Shown here: positions 14,492 through 26,401 of the stretch, in pieces
Layout: every line of letters begins with the position of its first letter
Numbering within the stretch: the first letter of the stretch is position 1
DNA from: Octopus sinensis
Lineage: Eukaryota
Direction of reading: 5' to 3'
DNA length: 64,000 nucleotides
Assembly: GCF_006345805.1 (NCBI RefSeq)
Contig: NW_021836133.1
Span: 1 to 64,000 of the forward strand
The notes under the pieces: generated by a model
What the model saw: only the letters and a program-made list of their open reading frames with translations
The model's database searches: none
Told to the model about the DNA's origin: nothing
Position numbers and translations under genes: made by a program

Positions 14492-15315
14492 CAAGTCTGG
14501 GGATATCTTGAGCCAAATAGGGACCACCCTGTCCTCCACCAAGGAGTCACGTTCTTTGACCACCTATGGACTACTCAGGTGACAGTACACCGCCTGCAAG
14601 ACAGTCATCAAGTCCTCAGAAGTGGAGGAATCAGTCACATTAGAACATGATATATTGAAGACGATATAGTCCACCCTGTCCACAAATTGACGGAGACAGG
14701 TTATCAAGTCAGACTGAAGTGAGGAGGGCATTTCGTTGTTTTTGCAGACGTTGACTCCGACATATCCCTTCTCTACGGTAAACACAGGATGGCACTGTTT
14801 GGGTGGTGTGATTGTAGTCGATCGGCCAAAGCTTGAGCACCGTCGTTGGGGAGTCCGTATCTGAGTGACTCGTTATTTTTACCGGTTTATGACGGACTCG
14901 GACTTGGGGAGTCGAAATATCCTTGGTTTGGGGTTGCCGCGTTGAGGGAGGGGGGTCACACTCCCAACTTCCACAAAGGAAAACCCCCAGTTGAGAAGCC
15001 CGTCGATTGCCTCCCCGTTTTTGTCAAATCCTGCAGCCAATCCGAGAGGACTGTCAAATTGGGTACCCCACAGTGACAATTTCTGGTGATTGTGTGAATA
15101 TTGAGTACAAGCGTGTCCTTGGGAGTGCTCGAATGTAATAGTCCTGTGGAGGCTAATCGAATGGCCACTTTATGACTGGTCTCTGGCTCCAGTATTTTGC
15201 TCAAACAAGGCATTAGGAGTCCTCGGTAGAACTTTGGGTTGTTTGTGTAAATTCCATGAAGACAGAACATTCCGACAGCCCCTTCAAATACAAAAAGTAG
15301 GGATCTCTGTACCAT
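14492..15315 (-). pseudogene. DHODH: Class-2 dihydroorotate dehydrogenase, 5 exons, truncated after KISPDL
   Basis: [70 protein letters not shown] introns at 15083-15108, 14861-14882, 14773-14795 and 14564-14590 restore the frame. Homology stops at 14492. Confidence 0.9.
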
Positions 15316-15369
15316 CCGTAACTCACTAGAATATATAGTGAGAATAATATTGATTAGAATTAGTAAATG

Positions 15370-16002
15370 TTATTTATCTTGTGAATATGCTTGAATGGTT
15401 AGATAGGAGGCGGAGAGCATCATGAGGAGGAGTCCACAACAAATGGCAATGATTGTGGCAAGAGTGACCCCTCCATATTGTTTAACCAAATTCACCAACC
15501 TCCCCAGACACCCCACATTAGCATTCGACACATACAAATTGTGGTTTTCCGTGCATTCAGTCAGGAGGGTCTTGTCCTCCGTGGAACAACAACTGGCAGG
15601 CAAAATGGCAAGAGGGGAGTACCGGACAGTCCAGCTGGTGGTTTGGTTAAAGTCAGTGTAGTTCATTACTCCACAACATTTCAAATTGGACTGCAAAAAG
15701 TCCCAGGCCTTGGTGAAAATGTGAGAGGAGTCCCCCGTGTAGCGTTCTTGGAGACTATTTTGGAGAAAGTGTTTGATTTGAGCCACCACCTCGGTCTCGT
15801 AGACGGCCAGGAGGATAGTGGAGATGACCACAAACATTAAAATGACAAACAGCAATAAGGAATAGACGAGGAGGATCACTCGGCTGCCTTTGAGTGTCCC
15901 CAGAATGCCCAATAGACAGACCCCCGTGATGAAGAGGCCCACGGATATGAGGACGTAGGCGAATTGGGTGTACAGCATTTTTAGGTCTTTTAGGTCTTTC
16001 AC
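15370..16002 (-). CDS. Tetraspanin, open frame but lacking TM1
   Basis: TM2 and TM3, EC2 with CCG, PASCC and GC, then TM4. No first TM segment; the frame abuts hAT-derived sequence. Confidence 0.9.
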   Translation of the reverse strand: MKDLKDLKMLYTQFAYVLISVGLFITGVCLLGILGTLKGSRVILLVYSLLLFVILMFVVISTILLAVYETEVVAQIKHFLQNSLQERYTGDSSHIFTKAWDFLQSNLKCCGVMNYTDFNQTTSWTVRYSPLAILPASCCSTEDKTLLTECTENHNLYVSNANVGCLGRLVNLVKQYGGVTLATIIAICCGLLLMMLSASYLTIQAYSQDK

Positions 16003-16853
16003 ATTAATATGTTATAACAATGAATAAATTTAGAAGAAAATATCCATAAAAGTTGAATAAAGTGTTCATTAATCAATTTCAACACTTAGTTTGTATTTTC
16101 GTAAGTTTGCTGAAAACAGTTTCACATGCATATGTTGATCCGAAGTTCTTTAAAGAGCAAAGCAAACAACCTCTGCCTTGAATAAATGAAGAATTATGTT
16201 TTTGTTGTTACAAAAGGTTTCATCGTTTTCCTTTACTTTTTGAAGTCTGTCAGTTAATCAGTAAAGTTCTAAATGGTACACAAACATTTCAATTTTTATT
16301 ATAGAAAACATATGGGTTTTGAATTTTCGAGAAATTAATATTTTTTAAAGTTACTGCATTTGATTGGGTTTCCTTTTTGTATTTCCAAAAATTTAGAGCT
16401 AAAATACTAAAAAATAGTTTGTAATTAAATAGCCAAACAACTTTTAATAAAAATATAAGAAATATTTTTTTAAGAAAAGTCAAATAATATTTTAAGAAAA
16501 AATCATCACAAAATATTTTATGTCGTCAAGGAAATGTTAAACTCACTGTGATGATTAAAGATTATGAAAACAACAACATTTTAAATGACCAAATACATGT
16601 ATTTTCCATAACGTAAAACTTAACAGGGAACTTTAAAATCTTTTTTAGTGAGAAATAGATTTAAAAAGTTAAGAAAAAAATATGAAGAATTATTTTACGA
16701 AATAGGAGGAAATTCAAATTACATGATCCAATGGGGCCAAAATTGCTTATCAACTCCAAAAATAATTTTAAATTCACAAGAACCAATTAATCAAATTGTT
16801 AATTCTAAAAAGACAGAAAATGTTAATTTTGAAGAAACGGCAGTTATATCAAA

Positions 16854-17797
16854 CTAGCTCAGCAGTTCGCTTCGCTCACTGCGAGCTAGCTCCTGCGGAG
16901 GCCCTGCTCGCTACGCTCGCAGTTTCCTTAAATAAGTATAAATTTATGTAGATATATAAATGCGACCTGCTTTGATATAACCTTATTCTAAGGCCTGTGG
17001 ATAAACGATGTTTGCAGTCCGTCCATCCTTGGCAAATATAAATAAATTTTCTCTTCTACCTACCCTTGAGCACCCCACATACAGCTGGCCATGTGAAAAG
17101 CACTCGTTCTCTAAAAATAAGCCTACTACCTTTAAAGACTGTCCCTGGGCCTTGTTTATTGTCATAGCAAAACTTATCTTCAGCGGAAATTGTAGTCTCT
17201 TAAATCTAAAAGGTAATTCTTCCGAAATCAGAGGTATTCGTGGGATATAAACATCCTCACCTCTGTAATTACCTGTTAATATTGTCGCTTCTATTACGTT
17301 AGCCATCAAATTCTTGATAACCAACCTTGTACCATTGCATAATTTAGGTGGCGCAAGATTGCGGAGTAACACAACCGGTACACCTATTTTTAATTTCAAT
17401 AGATGATTCGGCATTCCAGATGGATCTAAGGAATTTAACACCATACCATTTTATTATTAAGAGCTCGAAGGTTTTGGGGGACCACACCATGTGAGTCGAG
17501 GACTTTCTTATTGTTCATTTTAACAAAAACGCAGAAAATAATTTGTTTTTAATTTTTTGACTTGAAGGTTTTGGGGGACCTCATCGTCGAGGATATTCTT
17601 TCTTATTAAATTTTTTGACAGGAAGGTTCTTAGAGGATATCAACCTTTTATTGTGCCTCATTATCGAATAACTACAAAAGGGAAGGTTTTGACAATTTGA
17701 TCTGGTTTGTAACAATTTGAATGTGGGTGTGCACAGACAGACAGACAGACACACAGACAGACAGACAGACACACACCATACCATTTTATTATTAAGA
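16854..17797 (-). mobile_element. Internally deleted Helitron with PIF1-helicase C-terminus (16983-17444)
   Basis: 5' TC at 17797 preceded by A; 3' hairpins plus CTAG at 16854 followed by T. Helicase motifs [15 protein letters not shown] and [31 protein letters not shown]. (GTCT)n microsatellite at 17732-17772. Confidence 0.92.
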
Positions 17798-19045
17798 TAA
17801 AACATCAAATACTGTACTTCACGCTGAAATCTCAACTCAAACAGAAGATGAATTAATAAAGGAAAACGAAAAAACTGAACAGACTGAGAATAATCAAATA
17901 ATTAAGAATAATAAATCAAAAATAAATCAAGACTGTTTTATTAATGCAATCAATTCATTTTTATCTCCATCTGATGAGAATCATGGAGATATATTTTTGG
18001 AAACTTTCAAATTAAAATATAATCAAAGTATTCATAAATTCTGATTTTAGTAACAAATAATAGTCAAAACTCAAACGACTCAATGGAGCTATTATGGATA
18101 AAGCAAGCAATGGAAAGTAGAAATAAAGTATGAACGTTTTGCGAAACTTTAGTTTTTGGAAGCCAAAAAAACTTTAATTACTACGAATCAATCAAACAAA
18201 AGTCCCCAAAATCTCCAGAAGAAAAAAAATAAACTCCCCAGTAAGGAAATGGAAAAATTTGAAGTTATTAATCATTAAATTACAATTTAGCACAGAATAA
18301 TTCAATTAGAAAAAAGTAGTAAAAATACATTTTCAAAATTGTCGTCAAAACACAATGATTTGTCCGAACTAATCAACGAAGTATAATTAAATATTAAATT
18401 TATTAGGTAAAAATGATAAAACTTGAAATTAAAAAAGAAAATGATGAACAAAAGCAAAATTTGGAAATTAAGCCACAAATCAACCTTCAGGAATTATTTA
18501 ATGAATACTACAAATTTAAGGAGGTATCTAATACCGAAAATAAATTTACTGATCTCCCCAAGAAAGAAAATAGTGTTTTAAATCGTGCTACAAAATTATC
18601 TAAAAAGATTATCTTAAAAATTATTAAAGTTTTCGAATTACTAAAAATTTTTTTGACTCATTATTTCCTATGTCAAAAAACAAGACATCAGCCAATGTAG
18701 ATTTAAAACCTCATGAATTGAATCAATAGTCATTCAACAAACTTATGTCCGTATTAATAAAAAGGCGGCTCTCGATCCGACAGTATATAAAAACGGACTA
18801 GAACATTTCCCTGAGTTAGAGAAAGGTGGCATCGAGGGGATAAAATATTGGAATTTTTTCTGAAATTTTTTTTAAATGAACATGAAAGACTTTATAAGGT
18901 ATTTAAATTTGTTTTTTGGCATTTGGAATTGAAATTGATTTCATTGATTGGGAGTAGTGTCATCATTTGCCGGGAAAAAATTGTTGAAAGTATTTATAAT
19001 AGTAGAATGTCTAAAATTGATAAGTAGATATTAAAAAAATTACTA

Positions 19046-19959
19046 CAGTAAAATCTCTGATGCTCGCCATTTTTGGGACCGAAGAAAAAATGGCGAAAAT
19101 CAACATTCGATCCATTTTGAATGTCCGAAACAATTTGTAATTGTTTTGGTCGTTACTTTTTTCCAGGCAAAATATGTAAAAAGAAGACCGTCTTTTAAGG
19201 TTAATTTTTTATGAGCTTCCAGTGGATTTTCTCCATTTTCAATTTTTTCTAACATAGACTCAAATTTAAGTTTGTTAAAAGGTCCTTTGAAGGATCTAAT
19301 GATTCCTTGATCCATTGGTTGTAGAATTGTTGTAGTCTTCGAAGGTAGGTAAAGAATTTCAATTGACTCTAAATCAGCGTAAAGTTTATGGGATGGGCAT
19401 CGATCCACAACTAAAAGAATTTTTCGTTTTTTTAGATGCCTTAGATGCCATAAATATTAGCAATGTTCTTTGCTTTCAACAAAATTGAATTATCGTCCGA
19501 AAACCCCACTCTAAGCTCAATGTATTCCATCCAAGTTAATAGTTCGGTGTGAATAACTGAATAAGTTAAGTTAGCTAATCTCTTCTTATTGGAGAAAATA
19601 TGATCAGTAGACATTATTTACTCTTTTCCAAGTCTTAAATCGTTCACAGCCCTTCGAGATATTTTTTTCTTCAAAACAGAAGAAAAAATGTAAGCTATAC
19701 GATCCATCGTGAGACTTTTGTTTTCCTCCATGTACGCAATAATGAGACGTATTTCATTAAAAAACAATCTTGTGCACTTACGAATGTTGAATTTAGCGTG
19801 GTTGAAATATTTTATATAAAAAATAGTTTAACCAAAAAAAATATGTTTAAAAATTAATGGCGAGATTTAGAAAATGGCGAGCAATAGAATATTTATCAAA
19901 ATTTACTAGAAATTTTAAATTTTTTGAAAAATATGTGGCGACCACCAGAGGTTTTACTG
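19046..19959 (-). mobile_element. pogo/Tigger element, decayed
   Basis: TIR CAGTAAAA(T/C)CTCTG with TA flanks. DDE remnant LLVVDRCPSH..LQPMDQGIIRSFK. Confidence 0.88.
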
Positions 19960-20149
19960 TATTGATTATATATTTAATTAATAAATTATTGAGATAACCC
20001 AGTTTGTTGGAAGTGGGGCCACCTGCATTTTCCTGTTATGTTCCTGTACTCAAAAGTGATGCGTCGACAATATATATAACAAGGTTTATTATACTAAAGC
20101 TATACTTAAAGAAATTTCAGCATTTATATCACGAAAGAATAGTCTAAAG

Positions 20150-22375
20150 CATGTGTTCTCAACCGGGGCGAATCGTCCCCCCAGGGGCGATAATTAGGTC
20201 AAAGGGGGCGATAATATATTTAATAAAATATTCGAATTTAAATATAATACAAGTATTTATACATGTTAATTTAATGTTTCAGATTTATTAATATTTCTTC
20301 TATAGTGTTTATCTTTAAATTTTATATTCAAAATAGCACGCTGTTTTTACATCTAAAATGTCTTCTCGCTCAAATAAGGAAAGTCGTCATTATCAAAACG
20401 AATATTTCAAAGTAGTGAAGATACAAAACAGCCTTATTGTCTTAATTGTCAATGTTCTTTCTCAAATGAAGCCATCACGATTACAGGATCATTTAAAACG
20501 TAAGCATCCGGATAAAACGTCAAAGCCGATTGAATATTTTCAAAATTTAAAATACAATTTTGAAAATAAGAAAACGATCAAGTCGTTATTCACAAAGCCA
20601 GTACATGATGGTTATTTAACATTTATTGTCACCGGTTGAGAGTGATTGCAGGCTGAGAACGATCGCGCAAAATCGATTTTGCCGTTAACGCCGTTGATAC
20701 GCAATATCGATTTCGCCGAAACGCCGTACCGTTGCTACGCTAAAACGAAACCTCAAAAATATAGATTATCAAAAAATTAAATTAATATAATCACAAAAAT
20801 CATTACTTTAGATTTTTTAGTTTAAAAAAGAAAGAAAATTTTAATTTTTTAGAATGGCTGACCTCATATGAAAATCGAAATTTTCCGAACACGTTACATA
20901 ATTTTTGTTATGAAATTCGTTTTATTGACCCTACAGAAAAAGTCGGAAATTATAGCATTTCTTAGGGATGGTAAATGCCAAATGAAGTGATTCAGAATCA
21001 GAATGAGTCAAATTTTAGGAGAACGGCATCATTATTTAGATTGTCGGACTCTAAAAATGACATTCTTTACTTCAAAACTTCGGGAATCTTACTACGTACC
21101 TTCGCTCTCGAGGAAGTAGAAGAAAAGACACTTTTTATTGAAAATCTCCATTTAAAAATCGACATCCAGGTCGAGACAAGCTGCTTTTTCTCCTTAAAGA
21201 TACTGTCTATGGGTCTGTCGGAATGAGGTTATGTCAGTTCTCAAATCATGCTGTCAATGTCAGGCGAGAAAGCTTATGAACACCAGACCTGCAATTAAGC
21301 CATAAGAGCCTATATCAGGGGCAGGTGGAAAGACTAACCAATCCTTGAAATATATGTTGTCCTCTACCTGTTTGTCTGAAAACCTCGATTATAAATGGAT
21401 TTCGATTATAGACCAGATAACCAGTTCATATAACTCAACAGTGCATTCCACTACGTCGTTTGCACCGTTCAGAATTATGTTTGGAGAAAATTCCGATCAG
21501 TCTGCAAACATACACTATAGCGAAGAGGAACTTAATCTCCTATTCGCAGATTTGGATTCACCCAACATGGATGAAAAAGATGACTTAGAGAATTATATGG
21601 CTTGGAAATGGTTTACCGTCAGTAGTACAAGGACAAAGGCTGTCCAGTACTCGGATGCGGCGGAAGAAAAAATGCTAAACTAATTAACACTTTTTTTCTT
21701 TAAATAAATTTTTCTTAATATCTTGGCTTTCTGATCTCTGAGTTGTCAGTCATTTAGTTCCCCCCATTGTGACCTGGAGTCTCAAATATCAGAAAAGATG
21801 GTCTCTAATCACTAAATATGTTGGGGATTTCTAAGGAGACTAGAAGACTTGCTTACAGAATGACAAATTATAGTGAAGATTTTTAGTAACAGAAAAGCAT
21901 ACTTTTTTGATTGGAAAATGTATCTTAAGAGTACCTCAAACGAAACGACACGTTTGTTTTTTTGTCCAAAGGGCAGAAATTAGAGTTTAGTAGGTTTGAA
22001 AACTTAATGACTCGTATTTAAATTTGTCGCTCGCTGCCGTTAACTACCGGTGTTACGGCACTTGAGGCAAAATCGATTTTGCGCGATCGTTCTCAGCCTG
22101 GTATCATTCACAACCGGTGACATTTATTTATATGTAGTTGTGGGTGCGCATATCGTTTCAAATAAAATTGCTGAAATTCAATGGTCTCACTAATAATTTT
22201 TAATAAAAATTCAATTTTTACATTGATTCATTGTTTTATATTTTGATTTTTGAGTTATATACAAAAAAACAACCAATTAAGGGACAATGCACAAAAATTT
22301 TTAAAATTGTATATGGACAAGGGGGCGATAAAATATCTAAGGGGGCGATGAACAAAAAAAGCTTGAGAATGCCTG
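20150..22375 (+). mobile_element. Non-autonomous hAT/Buster element
   Basis: Imperfect TIRs CATGTGTTCTCAAC / CAGGCATTCTCAAG; perfect 8-bp TSD GTCTAAAG at 20142-20149 and 22376-22383. BED-finger remnant MKPSRLQDHLKRKH. Confidence 0.92.
20627..22122 (+). mobile_element. Ginger/TDD-like TIR element nested in hAT
   Basis: ~57-bp TIRs starting TGTCACCGGTTG and containing the palindrome GCAAAATCGATTTTGC; 5-bp TSD TTTAT. Integrase C-terminal remnant WISII..YNSTVHSTTSFAPFRIMFG (21345-21683). Confidence 0.85.
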
Positions 22376-23307
22376 GTCTAAAGTTTGATCGAATTCACTA
22401 CGTGATCTAAATTGCCCTTTTATACGTCTTGGCTCGAAATAGCTCAATCAAACCACTTTAATCACTTAAAATCAAGTCTAATCAAATATTTTTAATATAA
22501 ACTCCATGTTTAGAACTTATAGCAAACACCGGCTAGTTTGGCTTTATCGGCGCTCATTTTGAACGATTTGAAGTTCCCACCCGAAAAAAATGTCGAATTC
22601 GACTGGAAAAAAGTTTTTGACTTTGATATCAACTCAGAGATATCCCTACATTATTTTCATGCAAGAATTCATAAGTTTGACCCGAATATGATATTAAGTT
22701 TACTCCAAAATGTCATATATAAAGACACGTGTTCAAACTCTAGCTCAGTGGTCTCTAATTTATCTTAATCAGAGGCAATTGATTTAATATTGCATTTAAT
22801 AACGTGATTGATTGGTGATATTACTTCTATAGTTATGAAAATATTCTCAAAATGTCGTATGAGACATTCGAGGCTTATTTGATAGTAAATTACCTGCTTA
22901 GATTGGGGTATTGTGTTTAGTAAAAAGGTGATAAATTGTTGATTTGGAGTTTTGAAGATTCAAGGGGTAGATATTAAGGGAGTTGTTTATGTAGATTTGT
23001 TAGGAAATGTTGTTTGTAGGCGCGTGTGGTGCTGTTTGAGCAATGCAGACGAACTTTGGCACATGGAATGCTTGTTTTGGAAATCGGCCGCTGATACATT
23101 TGAAGATAATGTTCTTTTTTGATAATTTTCTTTAAAAAATTATTTTTGATTTATTTTGTAATTCGAGTATTATTATCGTGTTTCATTATTGAATACTCGA
23201 TACACAACTGGTATTTTCAAAATTAAATAATTTTAATTTTGTTATTTTTAGTATTCTATTTTGTATATTTTTTCAATCTGAAATGTTTAATTTGAGTATT
23301 TTTAATA

Positions 23308-25277
23308 CAGGGCGACCTCGAATTGGGAAAAATCAACTAGCGGAAAACCTTTTTTGGGGAAAAACTTGCTTTTGGGGAAATATTTTCGTCATCCCTATCA
23401 AATAAGATGATTTTTAATAAAATAAACCCCATACTAGAAAAAAATTTTATATTCTCATAAACGATTCATTAATATATATCTATAATTTTTGATTTATTAT
23501 TATTTATTTATTTTAATTTGTTTTTCCAAATCTGTAATCAATAATTTTAAAATTTATTTAACCTGGTAATTTGCTCAAGCCTTTCGTCTATCGAGGGGTG
23601 AAGCCCCGGGATTTTCGTCTGGATAATTCCAGCTGGGAACAGCAAATGGTTGTTTTTTCTCGAATGCTCTAGGATCATTCTGTGCGCCTCCAGTGTTGCA
23701 ACAACTGGTGAACCACATGCCTTAAAATTGAGACTACACTATGCCGAACTGCGGCTAGCATAATTTAAATTTCCAATTTGAACAATATTATTTCAAGTCC
23801 ACTTGACAATCTATTTAAGAAAGATGGAAAGGGCTTCTTAGCCATTCAACAGAACAAACTGTCAAAAGACCATTATATATCAATTAGCAACCAGGAGCAC
23901 ATCACCCCGATTCAATTCCTTACGAAAACTGTTCCCCGTCCGTTCCGCACTTGCGTTGGGTTCAGAATCCAACATCGGGAAAAGCTAAGAAAGATCTTGA
24001 AGATTGTTGGAATCACTTAATTAATTACTTTAATTAACCTGATGGTGATTCTTTGGTTAAATAAAAAAATCTGGTAATTTATTTAGTTAAATAATTAACC
24101 TATTAAAACATTGAAATTATCAATTTTTAAAGTTAATTGCCTAGAAAATTAAATCAAAGTGAAAAGATCATAATTTGCAAGGATATACAGTCGGGTCATA
24201 AGGATAAAAAGATTTTTGAGGGATTTAACATCTTTAAGGGCAGGTGTTCTCAACCGGGGGCGAATCGCCCCCCTAGAGGCGATAATTTTTATTAATATTT
24301 TTTCTATAGTGTTTATCCTTAAATTTAATATTTAAAATTCCACGCTTTTTACATTCTTGTTTGGTATCTAAGATGTCTTCTCGCTCAAATAAGAAAAGTC
24401 GTCATTATCAAAACGAATATTTAAAAATATGGGTTTATTCAAAGTACTGAAGATACAAAACAGCCTTATTGTCTTATTTGTCAATGTTCTTTCTCAAATG
24501 AGGCGATGAAGCCATCCCTTAAATTAAGGGAATGCTATACCGACTTTGTAATCTCAGGTCAAAAGGTTTCCCAATCAATGGGTCAACCTTAAAGTTTATT
24601 GCACTTAAAATTGTTATAGAAATCACATGATTTGACTGCTTTTAATGGATAGCTTTACAGATTTAAGAAACAAATCGAAATAAAATTCAGAATATTAAAT
24701 GGAGAATCACAATCAGCTGATAAAGGAAGTGCGGAAAACTTCTAATTGACTTTCAATGATTTGCTCGAAAACTATGGCGGAGAAACTGTGACGAAACTGC
24801 ATTATTTTATAAAGCTTTTTTCAAAAAGAGTTTTGCTGAAAGAAATAAGTCAGTTACGCAGGAGAAAAATATATATGGAGAAAGTCTGATTGATTCGGAT
24901 ATTATGGAAAATGCGATTTTGAAGAGTTTTTGGGATGATGACAGTAGTGATGAAGAGGATTGCAGGGAAGAATTTCTGGAACATCTGGATGATCAATAAG
25001 TTATAAACAATCCTGGTAAGTGTTATTGAGCAAGAACTCAGGAAATGTACTTGATCTATTCAGATTTAAACCAAATATTATGAGCTTGATGCAAAAAAAC
25101 AAAACATTCGAATAAAATTAACTGATTTTTTTATTAAAAATAAACATTGTAGTTATCCGTTATGGTTATATTATTAAGGTAAGATATCGAACAGGAGAGA
25201 CCTAAATTTAAGGAAAACCCTCTTTTTGGTGAAAATCTTAAAATTGGGAAAAAATTTCCCCAATTCGGATCGCACCA
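23308..25277 (+). mobile_element. Degenerate pogo element with nested insertions
   Basis: Degenerate TIR pair CAGGGCGACCTCGAATTGGG / TGGTGCGATCCGAATTGGG. Transposase remnant at ~24600-24830 (NGESQSAD; DETALFYK). Confidence 0.6.
24241..24515 (+). mobile_element. Left-end fragment of the same Buster family as 20150
   Basis: CAGGTGTTCTCAACCGGGGGCGAATCG and ATGTCTTCTCGCTCAAATAAG match 20150-20490. Confidence 0.8.
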
Positions 25278-26401
25278 TAATGCGTGAAATATAAGTTCAT
25301 TTGATATTTAGTTGGTATCTATTTTTTCAGATGGGGGTTTTTTGTCGATATAAACGATGTTGTATCCCAGTCTATGAAAAACTCAATAAATGGCGGGGGG
25401 TTTATTTGCTTCACGATGGAACTACTTTTTTGTGGCCGAAATCAAAACTTTCTCTTTACCAATAAGATTTTGAAGCCATTGGCATTATACAAGCTTATCT
25501 GAAAATTTAAGAAGATAAGTTTTCTGCGTGTGCAGATACTCCATATCATTTTTACTACACAGGATGCCAACATTTTTCTGCGAGCTTACCCAAAAGGCTT
25601 ATCCAAAAGTATATGGCTTACTCAAAAGTATATTAATTTTAGCAACGTGGTTTCCCACACTTTGTGATGTCTGGGTTTAAGGGTTACGTCAGAAATATTA
25701 ACGAATACAATCAAATTAAGGAAGCGTTAATTGGGATATTCCCGGAGGATATGAATGCCCGAAGCAAACGCCGGTTAGCCAAAAAAGCTTCCAATTTTTG
25801 TCAAAAAATGATAAGTATTAATCTTTTTTAATTAAAGACTTTATTTGAAAGGGAAAATTTAAAAATTAGTCATTCCTTTGGACTGTCTAGCAGAGATGGA
25901 GACCCATGGTCGTTCTCTACATTTGATGTCTCACGGAGGCGTCAACAAAACTGAATTTCTCTGTCGCCGTCATTACTTCATCGTGAAAAGTGATGTTGTA
26001 AGAAAAGTCGTCAGAGTGTGATGTCTGCAAGTTTTCTTTTCCACATAAAGTTAAGTCTGTTTTAGTAATGGTTTAGACCGTGCATTGTTGTAAATACAAT
26101 TATGCGATAGGGACAAAGTTGTAAATTAATTTTTAATATTATTCAGGTTCGGATGGGAAGGGATTACGGGACGAATCCAGCTTTAATGTTGGATAAACTC
26201 GAATCCAAGCATTTCGATACTTGTAAAATACTCGCAATTTTGTCCAATTCATGAGTATAAGTATAGGTCGAAATTCATAGCTAGGTTGAATTTTCAAATG
26301 GTAAGAAAAAATCGATGTTAATGCCGCGTTTAAAACAATAACTATTAAATATCTATTAATTAATTTTCAAAGTTATTAGTATTAATTTGTTAAGTATTTG
26401 C

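Larger units (their letters stand above)
14416..16250 (-). mobile_element. hAT (SPIN/EPM2AIP1-like) 3' relic enclosing a gene cassette
   Basis: Dimerisation motif FGSTYACETVFS at 16121-16144, followed by LINEHF-like residues to ~16005. hAT-type terminus CACCGGTTCTCAACCTTTTT at 14416. Confidence 0.55.
18732..23100 (+). pseudogene. RARS2: Mitochondrial-type (RARS2/yeast-type) arginyl-tRNA synthetase pseudogene split by transposons
   Basis: TYVRINKKA..FPELEKG..YWNFF*; KSDASTIYITR/EISAF..KFDRIHYV; ALSALILNDLK..FDWKKVF..LHYFHARIH; YENIL..IVNYLLRL; ARVVLF..TLAHGM. Stops at 18861, 18955 and 22766. Interrupted at 19046-19959 and 20150-22375. Confidence 0.85.

Noticed and set aside
15422-15840. Plus-strand ORFs over the tetraspanin (and similar ones at 14846-15076, 61567-63317, 56703-59198)
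   Set aside because: Antisense shadows of GC-richer coding sequence; no motifs.
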